From contig OY969763.1 of NCBI GenBank assembly GCA_963702845.1, positions 1,984,001 to 2,048,000 on the forward strand: DNA of 64,000 nucleotides, in the 5' to 3' direction. The position numbers and the translations under genes are program-made. Position 1 is the first letter of the stretch. Every line of letters begins with the position of its first letter. Positions 26,542-36,199 of this stretch are shown piece by piece. Below the pieces are notes generated by a model that had not been told where the DNA came from, did not search any database, and saw only the letters and a list, made by a program, of their open reading frames with translations. This stretch comes from an uncultured Verrucomicrobiae bacterium (GTDB lineage Bacteria > Verrucomicrobiota > Verrucomicrobiia > Limisphaerales > Palsa-1400).

Positions 26542-28068
26542 GTGTTATCCAGAGTTTTTTCGGCTGCTGTCAATGGAATTGAAGCCTTTCCCGTGGAAGT
26601 GGAAGTTAATGCGGGGTGGGGTGATACCATTATTGTGATCGTCGGGTTGCCAGATGCCGCGGTGAAGGAATCGCGCGATCGGGTTATGACCGCGCTTTCT
26701 AATTCGGGTTACACGTTCCCGATGGGGCGCGTGACTATCAATCTCGCGCCGGCCGATGTGCGTAAGGAAGGGCCGAGTTTTGATTTGCCGATTGCCATCG
26801 GGATGCTGGCGGCGAGTGAACAGATTGAAACGAATCAGCTCGATAATTTTGCGATGGTCGGCGAGCTGGCGCTGACTGGTGCGCTTCGGTCGGTTAAAGG
26901 TGTTTTACCGATTGCCTTGCAGGCGCGAGCGGAGAAAAAGGCGGGGTTGATTGTTCCGTTTGAAAATGCGGCTGAAGCTGCCGTGGTTGAAGGGTTGAAT
27001 GTTATTCCGGTGAGGAATCTTCGCGAAGCGGCCACGTTTCTTGAAGGGGATACGGAAATTTTACCGGCAAAAGTTGATCTCGAAAAAATCTTCGAACATC
27101 GATACGATGAAGAAGCGGATTTCGCGGATGTCAAAGGTCAGGAGTCGGTTAAACGCGCTTTGGAAATCGCGGCTGCGGGCGGGCACAATGTTCTTTTGAT
27201 CGGGCCGCCCGGCACCGGGAAATCGATGCTCGCGAAACGTTTTGCAAGCATTCTGCCGCCGCTCAGTTTGGAGGAGGCTCTCCAGACGACGAAGATTCAC
27301 AGCATCGTCGGCTTGCTCAAACCCGGTCAGGCTTTGGTGACGCAGCGGCCGTTTCGCGCGCCGCACCACACCGCGAGCGACGCGGGTCTGCTCGGTGGAA
27401 ATGCGAATCCGACGCCGGGCGAAATTTCGCTGGCGCACAATGGCGTTTTGTTCCTCGACGAATTGCCGGAATTCAAACGAAGCGTTTTGGAAACGATGCG
27501 GCAGCCGTTGGAGGAAGGATATGTCACGATTTCGCGTGCCGCGGGCACAATGACGTTTCCATCGGAGTTCATGCTCGTGGCGGCGATGAATCCGACTCCA
27601 GACGGAAAAATGCCGGGCGAGTCCCGCAGTTCTCCGCGAGAGATTCAAAATTATCTTGGGCGCATTTCGGGGCCATTGCTTGACCGTATCGATTTGCACG
27701 TGGAAGTGCCGCAGGTGAAGTTCCGCGAGATTTCCTCTGAACGCACGGGCGAGAGTTCGGCTGATATCCGCCAGCGCGTTATCGCCGCGCGAGAAATTCA
27801 GCAGGCACGTTTCGCGAGCAAGAAGTCGATCACGTGCAATGCCCGCATGGGCACACGCGAGTTGAAGGCGTATTGTGCGCTGGATGAGCACACGAAGGAG
27901 TTGCTGAAGTTTGCGATGGCTGATCTCAATTTGAGTGCTCGCGCTTACGATCGTGTGCTGAAAGTGGCGCGCACGATTGCGGATCTCTCCGGTAAACCGA
28001 ATGTCACCAGCGAACATGTTTCTGAAGCGATTCAATATCGATCGTTGGATCGGCAGTTGTGGATTTGA
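26542..28068 (+). CDS. comM: YifB/ComM Mg-chelatase-like AAA+ ATPase
   Basis: IVGLPDAAVKESRDRV, NLAPADVRKEG, GPPGTGKS, RPFRAPHHT, LFLDELPEF, GPLLDRIDL. Confidence 0.95.
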   Translation: MLSRVFSAAVNGIEAFPVEVEVNAGWGDTIIVIVGLPDAAVKESRDRVMTALSNSGYTFPMGRVTINLAPADVRKEGPSFDLPIAIGMLAASEQIETNQLDNFAMVGELALTGALRSVKGVLPIALQARAEKKAGLIVPFENAAEAAVVEGLNVIPVRNLREAATFLEGDTEILPAKVDLEKIFEHRYDEEADFADVKGQESVKRALEIAAAGGHNVLLIGPPGTGKSMLAKRFASILPPLSLEEALQTTKIHSIVGLLKPGQALVTQRPFRAPHHTASDAGLLGGNANPTPGEISLAHNGVLFLDELPEFKRSVLETMRQPLEEGYVTISRAAGTMTFPSEFMLVAAMNPTPDGKMPGESRSSPREIQNYLGRISGPLLDRIDLHVEVPQVKFREISSERTGESSADIRQRVIAAREIQQARFASKKSITCNARMGTRELKAYCALDEHTKELLKFAMADLNLSARAYDRVLKVARTIADLSGKPNVTSEHVSEAIQYRSLDRQLWI

Positions 28069-29225
28069 CCACTTTTTGTGTGTTGGTCGCGTCATTTCTG
28101 GCGGCGGCCTGGACGGGAATGGCGGAGCAAGCCGCGAACAAGCCTACGACGATTCCAGCCCCGCAGGCAGTGAAGACGTCAATACTGGTGGGCGCCCAAA
28201 ACTGTCCGCTGTGGGAAACTAACTCCCCGGGAATGTGGGATCAGGTCGTGAAACATCCCGAACGCACGCCGACACTCGGCTTCTACGACCAGAGCAATCC
28301 GGAAGTGGCGGATTGGGAAACTAAATGGGCTGTTGAGCATGGTATCAACTTTTTTGTTTATTGCTGGTATCGCGCCAGCAAAGGCGATGCGGTGGAAACG
28401 AGATTTGGTTCCGCGATTGATGCGCTATTGAAATCCAAATTCGCGCCGCAGTTCAAATTCTCCATCATGTGGGAAAACCAGGGGCGCGATGTGAAAACGT
28501 GGGGCAGGTCCGGTGTATCCGGGGAGAAGGACTTGCTCAATAATCTGATGCCTTTTTGGATTACCAATTATTTTACTCAGGTCTGCTACCTCAAGATCGA
28601 TAACAAGCCGCTACTGTTCATCTATGATGCGCACAAGCTAGCGGCTGACCTTGGAGGCGCAACCAACGTGGCAAAGGCCTTCGAGCAAATGCGGGAACGC
28701 TGTCGGCGCGCCGGTTTTGCCGGGCTTTACATTTTGGGCGAATACCGCGGCCTCGACGTGAACGAACTGCGGTTCAGGAAGCAATTGGGGTTCGACTATA
28801 CATTTGCGTATATCTGGCCAATCACTGAGCCGCAACGGGCAATCGGGATGCAAATGGATTTCATCCGCAAACGGCGTGCGTTGGATATTTTGCCGACGGT
28901 TTTCACAGTGTCGCAGGGTTGGACGGGCTGGCAAAACGAAGGGCCGTTTTACCGGCTTCCGCCGAAAGACTTCGAAGGCCTGTTGCGGCAGGTCAAAGAA
29001 ATCATCGCGACCATGCCGAGCAAGGAATTGGGGAGCAAGCTGCTGCTGCTGGATAATTGGAACGAGTGGAGCGAGGGACACTACATCGCCCCTCATCGCG
29101 AATATGGATTTGGCTACCTGGACGCGGTGCGGCGGGTGTTCGCTGACGCCCCGGAGAAACACACGGATTTGATACCGTCCGACATGGGGCTCGGGCCATA
29201 TGATTCAGCGTACAGGAGGCACTGA
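28059..29225 (+). CDS. GH99-like / WbsX-family glycoside hydrolase domain protein
   Basis: PTLGFYD..AVEHGINFFVYCWY, YLKIDNKP, NWNEWSEGHYIAP. Confidence 0.85.
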   Translation: MDLTTFCVLVASFLAAAWTGMAEQAANKPTTIPAPQAVKTSILVGAQNCPLWETNSPGMWDQVVKHPERTPTLGFYDQSNPEVADWETKWAVEHGINFFVYCWYRASKGDAVETRFGSAIDALLKSKFAPQFKFSIMWENQGRDVKTWGRSGVSGEKDLLNNLMPFWITNYFTQVCYLKIDNKPLLFIYDAHKLAADLGGATNVAKAFEQMRERCRRAGFAGLYILGEYRGLDVNELRFRKQLGFDYTFAYIWPITEPQRAIGMQMDFIRKRRALDILPTVFTVSQGWTGWQNEGPFYRLPPKDFEGLLRQVKEIIATMPSKELGSKLLLLDNWNEWSEGHYIAPHREYGFGYLDAVRRVFADAPEKHTDLIPSDMGLGPYDSAYRRH

Positions 29226-29266
29226 GGCCAGACTCAGGGAAAAACGCAACTATTAGTCGACAGCGG

Positions 29267-30268
29267 GTGATATTTAGTGGAAGGTCTGCGGTGCTGAGAG
29301 CCGGTAAAGATTTGATATTAGCAACCAAGCGTTACGCTGCGGAATCCTCGTGGCGAAGCTGGTGGTGCGTTGTTTCCACAGCCCTCCTTTTGCTTGCTGC
29401 ATTTGCGGGGACGCTTTGGAATTTTCATTGGGCGGGCAAATTACTTTGCAGTGTTTTCGCGGGCCTCCTCATTCTTCGGCTATTTGTCATCTACCACGAT
29501 CAACAGCACCATGCGATCCTGGCCCGTTCACGCCTGGCTGAAATCTTTATGCGGATGTTCGGGGTGCTGACTCTCAGCCCAAGCAGCATTTGGCGAAGCT
29601 CGCACAATTATCATCACAATCACAATTCGCGGCTGCGTGGTTCGCATATCGGTTCGTTCCCGATCATGACCAAGGCTCAATATATTAAGTGTTCGAAATC
29701 CGAACGGTTTGTCTACCTGTTCATGCGGCATCCGTTGACGATTCTATTTGGGTATCCTGTCATGTTTTTATACGGGATGTGTTTGGGTCCTTGCATAACG
29801 AATCCCCGGAAACACTACGACTGTGGGATTGCGTTTGTCGTTCACATCGCAATCTCCGTTGGGCTAGTCTATTTCGCCGGGTGGTCGTCTCTGGTGTTTA
29901 CGCAAGTCATTCCGCATTTCGTCGCCAGTGCGATTGGATGTTATCTGTTCTACGCGCAGCATAATTTTCCTGGCGTTTCTTTTAACGACAAGGCGGGGTG
30001 GACATACGAAAAAGCTGCATTGGAATCGTCGAGCTATATCAAAACCGGACCGATCTGGGCGTGGTTTACGGCGAATATCGGATATCATCATATCCACCAC
30101 TTAAACGATCACATCCCGTTTTATCGATTGCCCGAAGTCTTCGCGCAAATCCCGGAGCTTGGTTCTCCAAAAACAACTTCGCTTCATCCCTTCGATATCG
30201 TTCGCTGCCTGCGTTTGAAGGTTTGGGACGCTGATGCCCAGAAGATGGTCGGCGTAGCGAACCTGTAA
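29267..30268 (+). CDS. Membrane fatty acid desaturase
   Basis: Three His boxes HDQQH, HNYHH, HHIHH plus TM helices. Confidence 0.93.
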   Translation: MIFSGRSAVLRAGKDLILATKRYAAESSWRSWWCVVSTALLLLAAFAGTLWNFHWAGKLLCSVFAGLLILRLFVIYHDQQHHAILARSRLAEIFMRMFGVLTLSPSSIWRSSHNYHHNHNSRLRGSHIGSFPIMTKAQYIKCSKSERFVYLFMRHPLTILFGYPVMFLYGMCLGPCITNPRKHYDCGIAFVVHIAISVGLVYFAGWSSLVFTQVIPHFVASAIGCYLFYAQHNFPGVSFNDKAGWTYEKAALESSSYIKTGPIWAWFTANIGYHHIHHLNDHIPFYRLPEVFAQIPELGSPKTTSLHPFDIVRCLRLKVWDADAQKMVGVANL

Positions 30269-30352
30269 ATATAGGGCGTCGATCTCTTCCGTACTTTCCA
30301 ATTCAAATCTTTTCTTTGCTGGTGAGTGTCCGTTAGTCTGGCCGCCCATTTC

Positions 30353-32998
30353 ATGAGAAGAGTCCAGTTTGTTGTTTTGTCGGTAACGCTGCTGTTGCTT
30401 GGCGGTTGTATTCGTTCGGAAAGTAAAACGAAGTTCCAAACGGTCAACGCCACCGGGATTTCAGTCCCGGTGAACCAAACGCTCACGCCTGCCGGCCTTC
30501 AAATCGAACTCACCGGTGCGCGGCCGCAAGTGATCGCGGTTAGTCCTGATTGCCAGTTGCTCGTCACCTCGGCGCGCAATGAGTTGGTGATATTAAATCC
30601 GCAAACGGGCCAGATTCTTCAGCGGGTGGCTTTGCCGCGCGACGAAGTGCAGAACAACACGACGAACGTCGTTTCAACTGAGATCATTCATCCTGACGCC
30701 AACGCGCAAGCGAGCTACAACGGCTTGATTTTCTCGGCGGATGGTAAACGCATTTATCTTTCGAACGTCCGAGGGGACATCAAAGTTTTTGCCGTTGAGC
30801 CAAATCACAAAGTCCGAGCGCTGTATTCTATCAAGCTGCCGCATCCGCCGCATTCCGGACGTTCGGAAATCCCGGCGGGTCTGGCGCTGTCGCGCGATGG
30901 CCAGCGACTTTACGTGGCTGGGAACTTGTCCAATCGGCTCCTCGAAATTGATGTCACGACTGGCAAAACGCTTCGCACCATTGCTGTCGGTGCCCTGCCT
31001 TATGACGTCGCGTTGGTCGGTGAGAAATTATTCGTAAGCAATTGGGGTGGTCGTCAATTCGCGCACGAGGGTAAATCGGGGCCCGCAGGGCAGGGCACGA
31101 TCGTTCGCGTCGACCCTGTTCGTTACATTGCCGATGATGGGTCGGTTTCTGTTGTTGATCTCGCGACGGGTAAGGTTGAAAAGGAAATCGTCACCGGCGC
31201 TCGAGCGACTGGTTTGGCGGTGTCGCCTGACCAGAAATACGTCGCTGTTGCTGACGTCGGTGCTGACGCGGTCAGCGTTATCGATGTTCGCAGTCTAGCG
31301 GTCGTTGAAACGATCCCGCTACGCTGGCAGCCGAAAGATCTTTTCGGCGCGAGCCCTGATGCGCTTGTGTTCGATGATTCGGGCAAGCGCCTCTACGTCT
31401 GCAACGCAACGCAGAACGCGATTGCAGCGGTCGACTTCTCTCCGGGCAAATCACATCTGGTCGGACTGATCCCAACCGGTTGGTTTCCCGGTGCGATCGA
31501 CTTCGATCAAAAGCATAGCAAGCTGTGTGTCGCAAATGTGAAAGGGATTGGTTCCGGAATGGATGTCGTGCCGGGCAAAAAGGTGGAACTCAATTCGCAT
31601 CAATGGCGGGGCACGATTGAAATTATCGACGAGCCGAGTGAGCGCCGGTTGGTCAAATATACCCAGGCGGTTTTGCAAAACTACGGCCATGCTGCGATGG
31701 AAGCGGCGATGCTGCCGCCTCGTGAAGGGGTCGCGGCGAAACCCGTTCCGGAGCGCGCCGGTGAACCGTCCGTGTTCAAACACGTTCTCTACATCATCAA
31801 AGAAAACCGCACCTACGACCAGGTCCTGGGCGACATGAAGGAAGGTAATGGCGATTCGCACCTTTGCATCTTCGGCGAGAAAATAACCCCGAACCAACAC
31901 AAGCTCTCCCGCGAATTTGTATTGCTCGATAACACGCGTTGTTCCGGTGCTGTTAGCGCCGATGGTCATCAATGGACGGACAGCGCGTTTGCCACTGATT
32001 ACATCGAAAAATCTTTTGCCGGTTTCCCGCGCAGTTACCCGTATTACGGCGATGACGCGATGGCGTATTCGCCCGCAGGATTTTTGTGGGACAATGCTCT
32101 CGCCCATGGAAAAACCTTTCGCGACTATGGCGAGTTCACGCGCGATGACGCAATCTGGACCGATCGCAAACGACGCGACGGCCCGCATTTCCTCGATTGC
32201 TATCGCGATTTCGTCAAAGGCGCTGGCGCAGTGACGCTCAGTAGCCATGCAACCGTTCCATCTCTCGAACCACACCTTTGCACCAACACCACAGGGTTTA
32301 AACTCAACGTCCCGGATGTCTGGCGTGCCCGCATCTTTATTAATGAACTGAAGCAGTTTGAAAAAAACGATAGTCTCCCCGAATTGATGATTTTCCTGCT
32401 GCCGAGTGATCACACTGCCGGCACAAAATCACGATCGCCAACGCCTGCTGCGAAGGTTGCTGATAACGATCTGGCGTTCGGTCAAATCGTCGAGGCGATC
32501 AGTCATAGTAAATATTGGAAGGATACGTGCATCTTCGCGATTGAGGATGATCCGCAGATGGGTTTTGATCACGTTAGCAGCTATCGCACGACTGCCTATG
32601 TTGCGAGCGCGTTTACGAAGCGTCATGCCGTGGTTCACGCACCTTACAACCAAACGAGTCTCGTCCGTACGATCGAGTTGATGCTCGGTTTGCCGCCAAT
32701 GAATCAGCTCGATGCGACGGCGACGCCGATGTCCGAGTGTTTCACGGAGCAACCGGACCTCACGCCGTTCCAGCATGTCCGCAACAATATTCCGTTGGAT
32801 CAGATGAATCCTGAACCGCACGCCATCAATGACGCGACGCAACGCAAATACGCGATTGCGTCAAATAAGTTGCCGTTGGATGACGCGGATGAATGCCCGG
32901 AAGATTTGTTTAATCGTATTTTGTGGAATGCGCAGCGAGGGAATGAGCCGTATCCGGCTTGGGCGGTGAGTGTGACGAAAAAGACGGCGCGCGATTAA
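30353..32998 (+). CDS. Lipoprotein: YVTN/YncE beta-propeller fused to alkaline-phosphatase-like phosphoesterase
   Basis: Lipobox LLGGC; propeller repeats; KHVLYIIKENRTYDQVLGD, SADGHQW, EDDPQMGFDHV. Confidence 0.9.
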   Translation: MRRVQFVVLSVTLLLLGGCIRSESKTKFQTVNATGISVPVNQTLTPAGLQIELTGARPQVIAVSPDCQLLVTSARNELVILNPQTGQILQRVALPRDEVQNNTTNVVSTEIIHPDANAQASYNGLIFSADGKRIYLSNVRGDIKVFAVEPNHKVRALYSIKLPHPPHSGRSEIPAGLALSRDGQRLYVAGNLSNRLLEIDVTTGKTLRTIAVGALPYDVALVGEKLFVSNWGGRQFAHEGKSGPAGQGTIVRVDPVRYIADDGSVSVVDLATGKVEKEIVTGARATGLAVSPDQKYVAVADVGADAVSVIDVRSLAVVETIPLRWQPKDLFGASPDALVFDDSGKRLYVCNATQNAIAAVDFSPGKSHLVGLIPTGWFPGAIDFDQKHSKLCVANVKGIGSGMDVVPGKKVELNSHQWRGTIEIIDEPSERRLVKYTQAVLQNYGHAAMEAAMLPPREGVAAKPVPERAGEPSVFKHVLYIIKENRTYDQVLGDMKEGNGDSHLCIFGEKITPNQHKLSREFVLLDNTRCSGAVSADGHQWTDSAFATDYIEKSFAGFPRSYPYYGDDAMAYSPAGFLWDNALAHGKTFRDYGEFTRDDAIWTDRKRRDGPHFLDCYRDFVKGAGAVTLSSHATVPSLEPHLCTNTTGFKLNVPDVWRARIFINELKQFEKNDSLPELMIFLLPSDHTAGTKSRSPTPAAKVADNDLAFGQIVEAISHSKYWKDTCIFAIEDDPQMGFDHVSSYRTTAYVASAFTKRHAVVHAPYNQTSLVRTIELMLGLPPMNQLDATATPMSECFTEQPDLTPFQHVRNNIPLDQMNPEPHAINDATQRKYAIASNKLPLDDADECPEDLFNRILWNAQRGNEPYPAWAVSVTKKTARD

Positions 32999-33042
32999 AA
33001 TCGGGCGCGGCTTTTTACCTCAAACGAAATGGCGTATCGACG

Positions 33043-33070
33043 TTGCTGCGGACGTGGACGTCCGCACTCC
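33043..33070. repeat. REP-like palindromic element between convergent genes
   Basis: TGCGGACGT..ACGTCCGCA hairpin; same family as 24942-24969. Confidence 0.6.
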
Positions 33071-33072
33071 GG

Positions 33073-34611
33073 CTACACGGTGAATTTGATGCCTTGGGCG
33101 AGCGGGAGTTGCGATGAGTAATTGACCGTCGCAGTTTGGCGGCGCATGTAAATTTTCCAGGAATCGCTGCCGCTTTCGCGACCGCCACCGGTTTCTTTTT
33201 CGCCACCAAAAGCGCCGCCGATTTCTGCGCCACTCGTCCCGATGTTTACGTTGGCGATACCACAATCGCTGCCACGGGATGACAGGAACAGCTCGGCTTC
33301 GCGAACGTCGTTTGTGAAGATGGCTGAGCTTAGGCCTTGTGGGACATCGTTGTTCCACTCGATGGCTTGATCGAATTTGGTGTAGGGAATGATGTAGAGA
33401 ATGGGCGCGAAGGTTTCTTCCTTCACGACTTCAGCGTGCGGCGGAGCTTTCGCGAGGCAGGGCGACACGTATTGGCCGCCGGGATAATTTTTGCCGGTGA
33501 GCTTTTGGCCGCCATAGAGGACCTCGCCGCCTTCTTGCTTCAAACGCGCGATGGCGTTTTGCATGGCTTCGACAGAGTTCTTGTTGATGAGCGGTCCCAT
33601 GAGCGTGCCTTTTTGCATCGGGTTGCCGATGGGCACTTGTTTATAGGCGCGGAGCAAACGAGCGGTGAGTTCTTTTTCGACCGATTGATGGACGAGGATA
33701 CGGCGGGTACTGGTGCAGCGTTGACCGGCGGTGCCGACAGAGCCGAAGACAATGCCGCGAGTCGCCAAATCCATGTCAGCGGTCGGAGCGACGATGATGG
33801 CGTTGTTGCCGCCGAGTTCCAAGAGCACGCGGCCGAAGCGTCCCTGGACCGTTTGGCCGATGGAGCGGCCCATGGCCGTTGAACCGGTTGCGGAAATAAG
33901 CGGGATGCGTTTGTCGGCGCACATGGGTTCGCCGATTTCTTTGCGATTGCCCATGGCCAAGCAGAAGATCGCGGGATCAACGTCGTTGGCGAGGCAAACG
34001 CGTTCGGCGATTTTGATGCACGCGATGGCGGTTAAAGGGGTTTGTTCAGACGGTTTCCAAATGGTGGAATCGCCGCACACGGCCGCCAAGGCGCTGTTCC
34101 AGGCCCACACAGCAACAGGGAAATTGAAGGCGGTAATGATGCCGACGATGCCGAGCGGATGCCATTGCTCCATCATGCGGTGTTGCGGGCGTTCGGAGGC
34201 GATGGTCAGGCCATAGAGTTGGCGGGAAAGGCCGACGGCGAAATCGCAGATGTCGATCATTTCCTGCACTTCACCCTCGCCTTCGGCAAGGATCTTGCCA
34301 GCTTCGAGCGTGACGAGTTTGCCGAGGTCGCTCTTGGCTTCGCGCAAGGCATTGCCGAGTTGGCGGATGAGTTCGCCGCGTTTTGGCGCAGGGACGTTTT
34401 GCCATTGTTGAAAAGCTTTTTGCGCACGCGTGACCACTTTTTGGTAATCGTCGGCTGTGCCTGTCTTAATCTTCGCGATGACTTTGCCGTCGATGGGCGA
34501 AACGCTTTCGAGGACACGGCCACTACCGCCCCATTCGCCCCAGAACACGCCGGGGTTGGTGGCCTGCAGGCCGAGCTTTTTCAACAATGCAGTGGTCAGA
34601 GATTTTTCCAT
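33073..34611 (-). CDS. pcd: ALDH7-like aldehyde dehydrogenase (piperideine-6-carboxylate dehydrogenase)
   Basis: EGEGEVQEMIDICDFAVGLSRQLYG, LELGGNNA, GTAGQRCT, EETFAPIL; near lat. Confidence 0.88.
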   Translation of the reverse strand: MEKSLTTALLKKLGLQATNPGVFWGEWGGSGRVLESVSPIDGKVIAKIKTGTADDYQKVVTRAQKAFQQWQNVPAPKRGELIRQLGNALREAKSDLGKLVTLEAGKILAEGEGEVQEMIDICDFAVGLSRQLYGLTIASERPQHRMMEQWHPLGIVGIITAFNFPVAVWAWNSALAAVCGDSTIWKPSEQTPLTAIACIKIAERVCLANDVDPAIFCLAMGNRKEIGEPMCADKRIPLISATGSTAMGRSIGQTVQGRFGRVLLELGGNNAIIVAPTADMDLATRGIVFGSVGTAGQRCTSTRRILVHQSVEKELTARLLRAYKQVPIGNPMQKGTLMGPLINKNSVEAMQNAIARLKQEGGEVLYGGQKLTGKNYPGGQYVSPCLAKAPPHAEVVKEETFAPILYIIPYTKFDQAIEWNNDVPQGLSSAIFTNDVREAELFLSSRGSDCGIANVNIGTSGAEIGGAFGGEKETGGGRESGSDSWKIYMRRQTATVNYSSQLPLAQGIKFTV

Positions 34612-34620
34612 AAGTTGAAA

Positions 34621-34899
34621 TTAAAGATTTTCGAGTTTCTTTAGTTCCATGGCGAGCAACTCATAAATTATCGAACGCTTTTCAATGTAATCACACCGAA
34701 TTACGTCGCCATCGTATCGAAACACGACTCGATATCCTTTCACTCGCAAGCGCCAATAACCAGTAAATTCGCCCTGCAGAGGCTTGATATCTCCTCTTCC
34801 ATTGGGGAGTTGTTTGATGGCAGAGGCTAGGGCGTGTTTTGGCTCTGGGGCCAGCGCTTTCAGGAAATCGCGCACTGGGGTCGATAGCTCAACTTTCAT
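34621..34899 (-). CDS. RelE/ParE-family toxin
   Basis: GDIKPLQG..YWRLRVKGYRVVF; overlaps antitoxin. Confidence 0.88.
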   Translation of the reverse strand: MKVELSTPVRDFLKALAPEPKHALASAIKQLPNGRGDIKPLQGEFTGYWRLRVKGYRVVFRYDGDVIRCDYIEKRSIIYELLAMELKKLENL

Positions 34900-35137
34900 T
34901 GAGCGATTCGAGCGAGTGATATTTCATTTTGCCTGCGCGCGCGGCGCGGATTGCTTTAACGGCGTCTGGATTGGACATCAATTCCAATGACTCGACGAGA
35001 GATTCCAACTGCTCCTTTGACACGAGATAGGCGACCTTTTCGTCACGCCGGGTGATCGCGACGACGTGATCTTCGGCTTCTTTCAAAATACGTGGCAGGG
35101 AAGCCTGCGCCTTCGAGACTGAATACGTATTTTTCAT
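34889..35137 (-). CDS. Phd/YefM-family antitoxin
   Basis: YSVSKAQASLPRIL..VAITRR..AYLVS..SLVESLELMSNP. Confidence 0.9.
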   Translation of the reverse strand: MKNTYSVSKAQASLPRILKEAEDHVVAITRRDEKVAYLVSKEQLESLVESLELMSNPDAVKAIRAARAGKMKYHSLESLNES

Positions 35138-35181
35138 GAAAAGTTACATAGCATGAAAAATTCAACTTGTAAAGGAAGGTG

Positions 35182-36172
35182 CTACTTCAGCATCAATGAC
35201 GCTAACGAGAAATAGAACAACAGAGAAAATATGTCGGTGAGGGCAAGGGTGATTGGGCCGGCAGCGATCTTGGGATCGAGTTTCAAGGCATGCAGGGCGG
35301 TTGGGATGCTGATTCCAAAAGTACCACGCGGCAAGGAATGAGAACACGATCGTGCAGCCCACGACGAGGCCGGCCATAACAGTGCCGCGCCATAGCCACA
35401 CAATAAAAAAAACGACCGTGCCGCTCGCGAGCCCAAGCAGAAACCCGACGGAAACTTCGCGGCCAAGTGCGCCAAAATACCAGCGCCACGTTGGAGTTTT
35501 AGCATGGAGAGCTTGAATGGATAACGAGACCGATTGGATGCTAACGCTTTCGCAAAGGCCAAGGACCAAAGCTAGAAAGAACGTTACGATGACGACTTTG
35601 GACAGCGTCATTTCGAATGCTCCCGAAATAAGCGCGCAGAGCACACCGCTGGTGATGGTTGCCAGGAGCCACGGGAATCGGTGACTGAACGCTTTTAAAG
35701 GCGACGCACCGTGCAATTGTGAGATACGAAAACCAATGGTTTCGAACACGTCATCGACTCGCTCGCGTTCCGCCAAATCGAACACTTCTTCCGTGAACAA
35801 ACCAACATCGAGGGTGCCGAGGAGTCGGTGTTGATCGTCGACGACCGGGAAGGCGAGGAATTTGTATAACACGAAGAACTCGCAGGCTTCGGCCAGAGTG
35901 GCTGTGTGCGGAATCGTTACGATACGGCGCACCGTGATTTCGGAGATTGGCTGTTCTAACGGCGCAACGAGTAAGCGCCGCGTTGGCAAAACACCAATGA
36001 GTTTTCCGGTGCTGTCGACGACGTAAAAGTAAACGATCGCTTCAGAAGGCTTTTGCGTCCTGATCGCAGCGAGCGCCTGGCCGGCAGTCATGTCGTGGCG
36101 CAACAGCGCGAAGCCCTTGCGCAAATATGGCAACACCGGCTCGTCGAGATGCTGTGGCTTGCCGTTGGTCAC
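35182..36172 (-). CDS. mgtE: MgtE-like magnesium transporter (CBS + membrane domain), frameshift near 35320
   Basis: CBS pair, RFPWLL, C-terminal LDPKIAAGPITLALTD in the alternate frame. Confidence 0.8.
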
Positions 36173-36199
36173 TATTTCTTTTTGTAAGTTCCAGACGGT

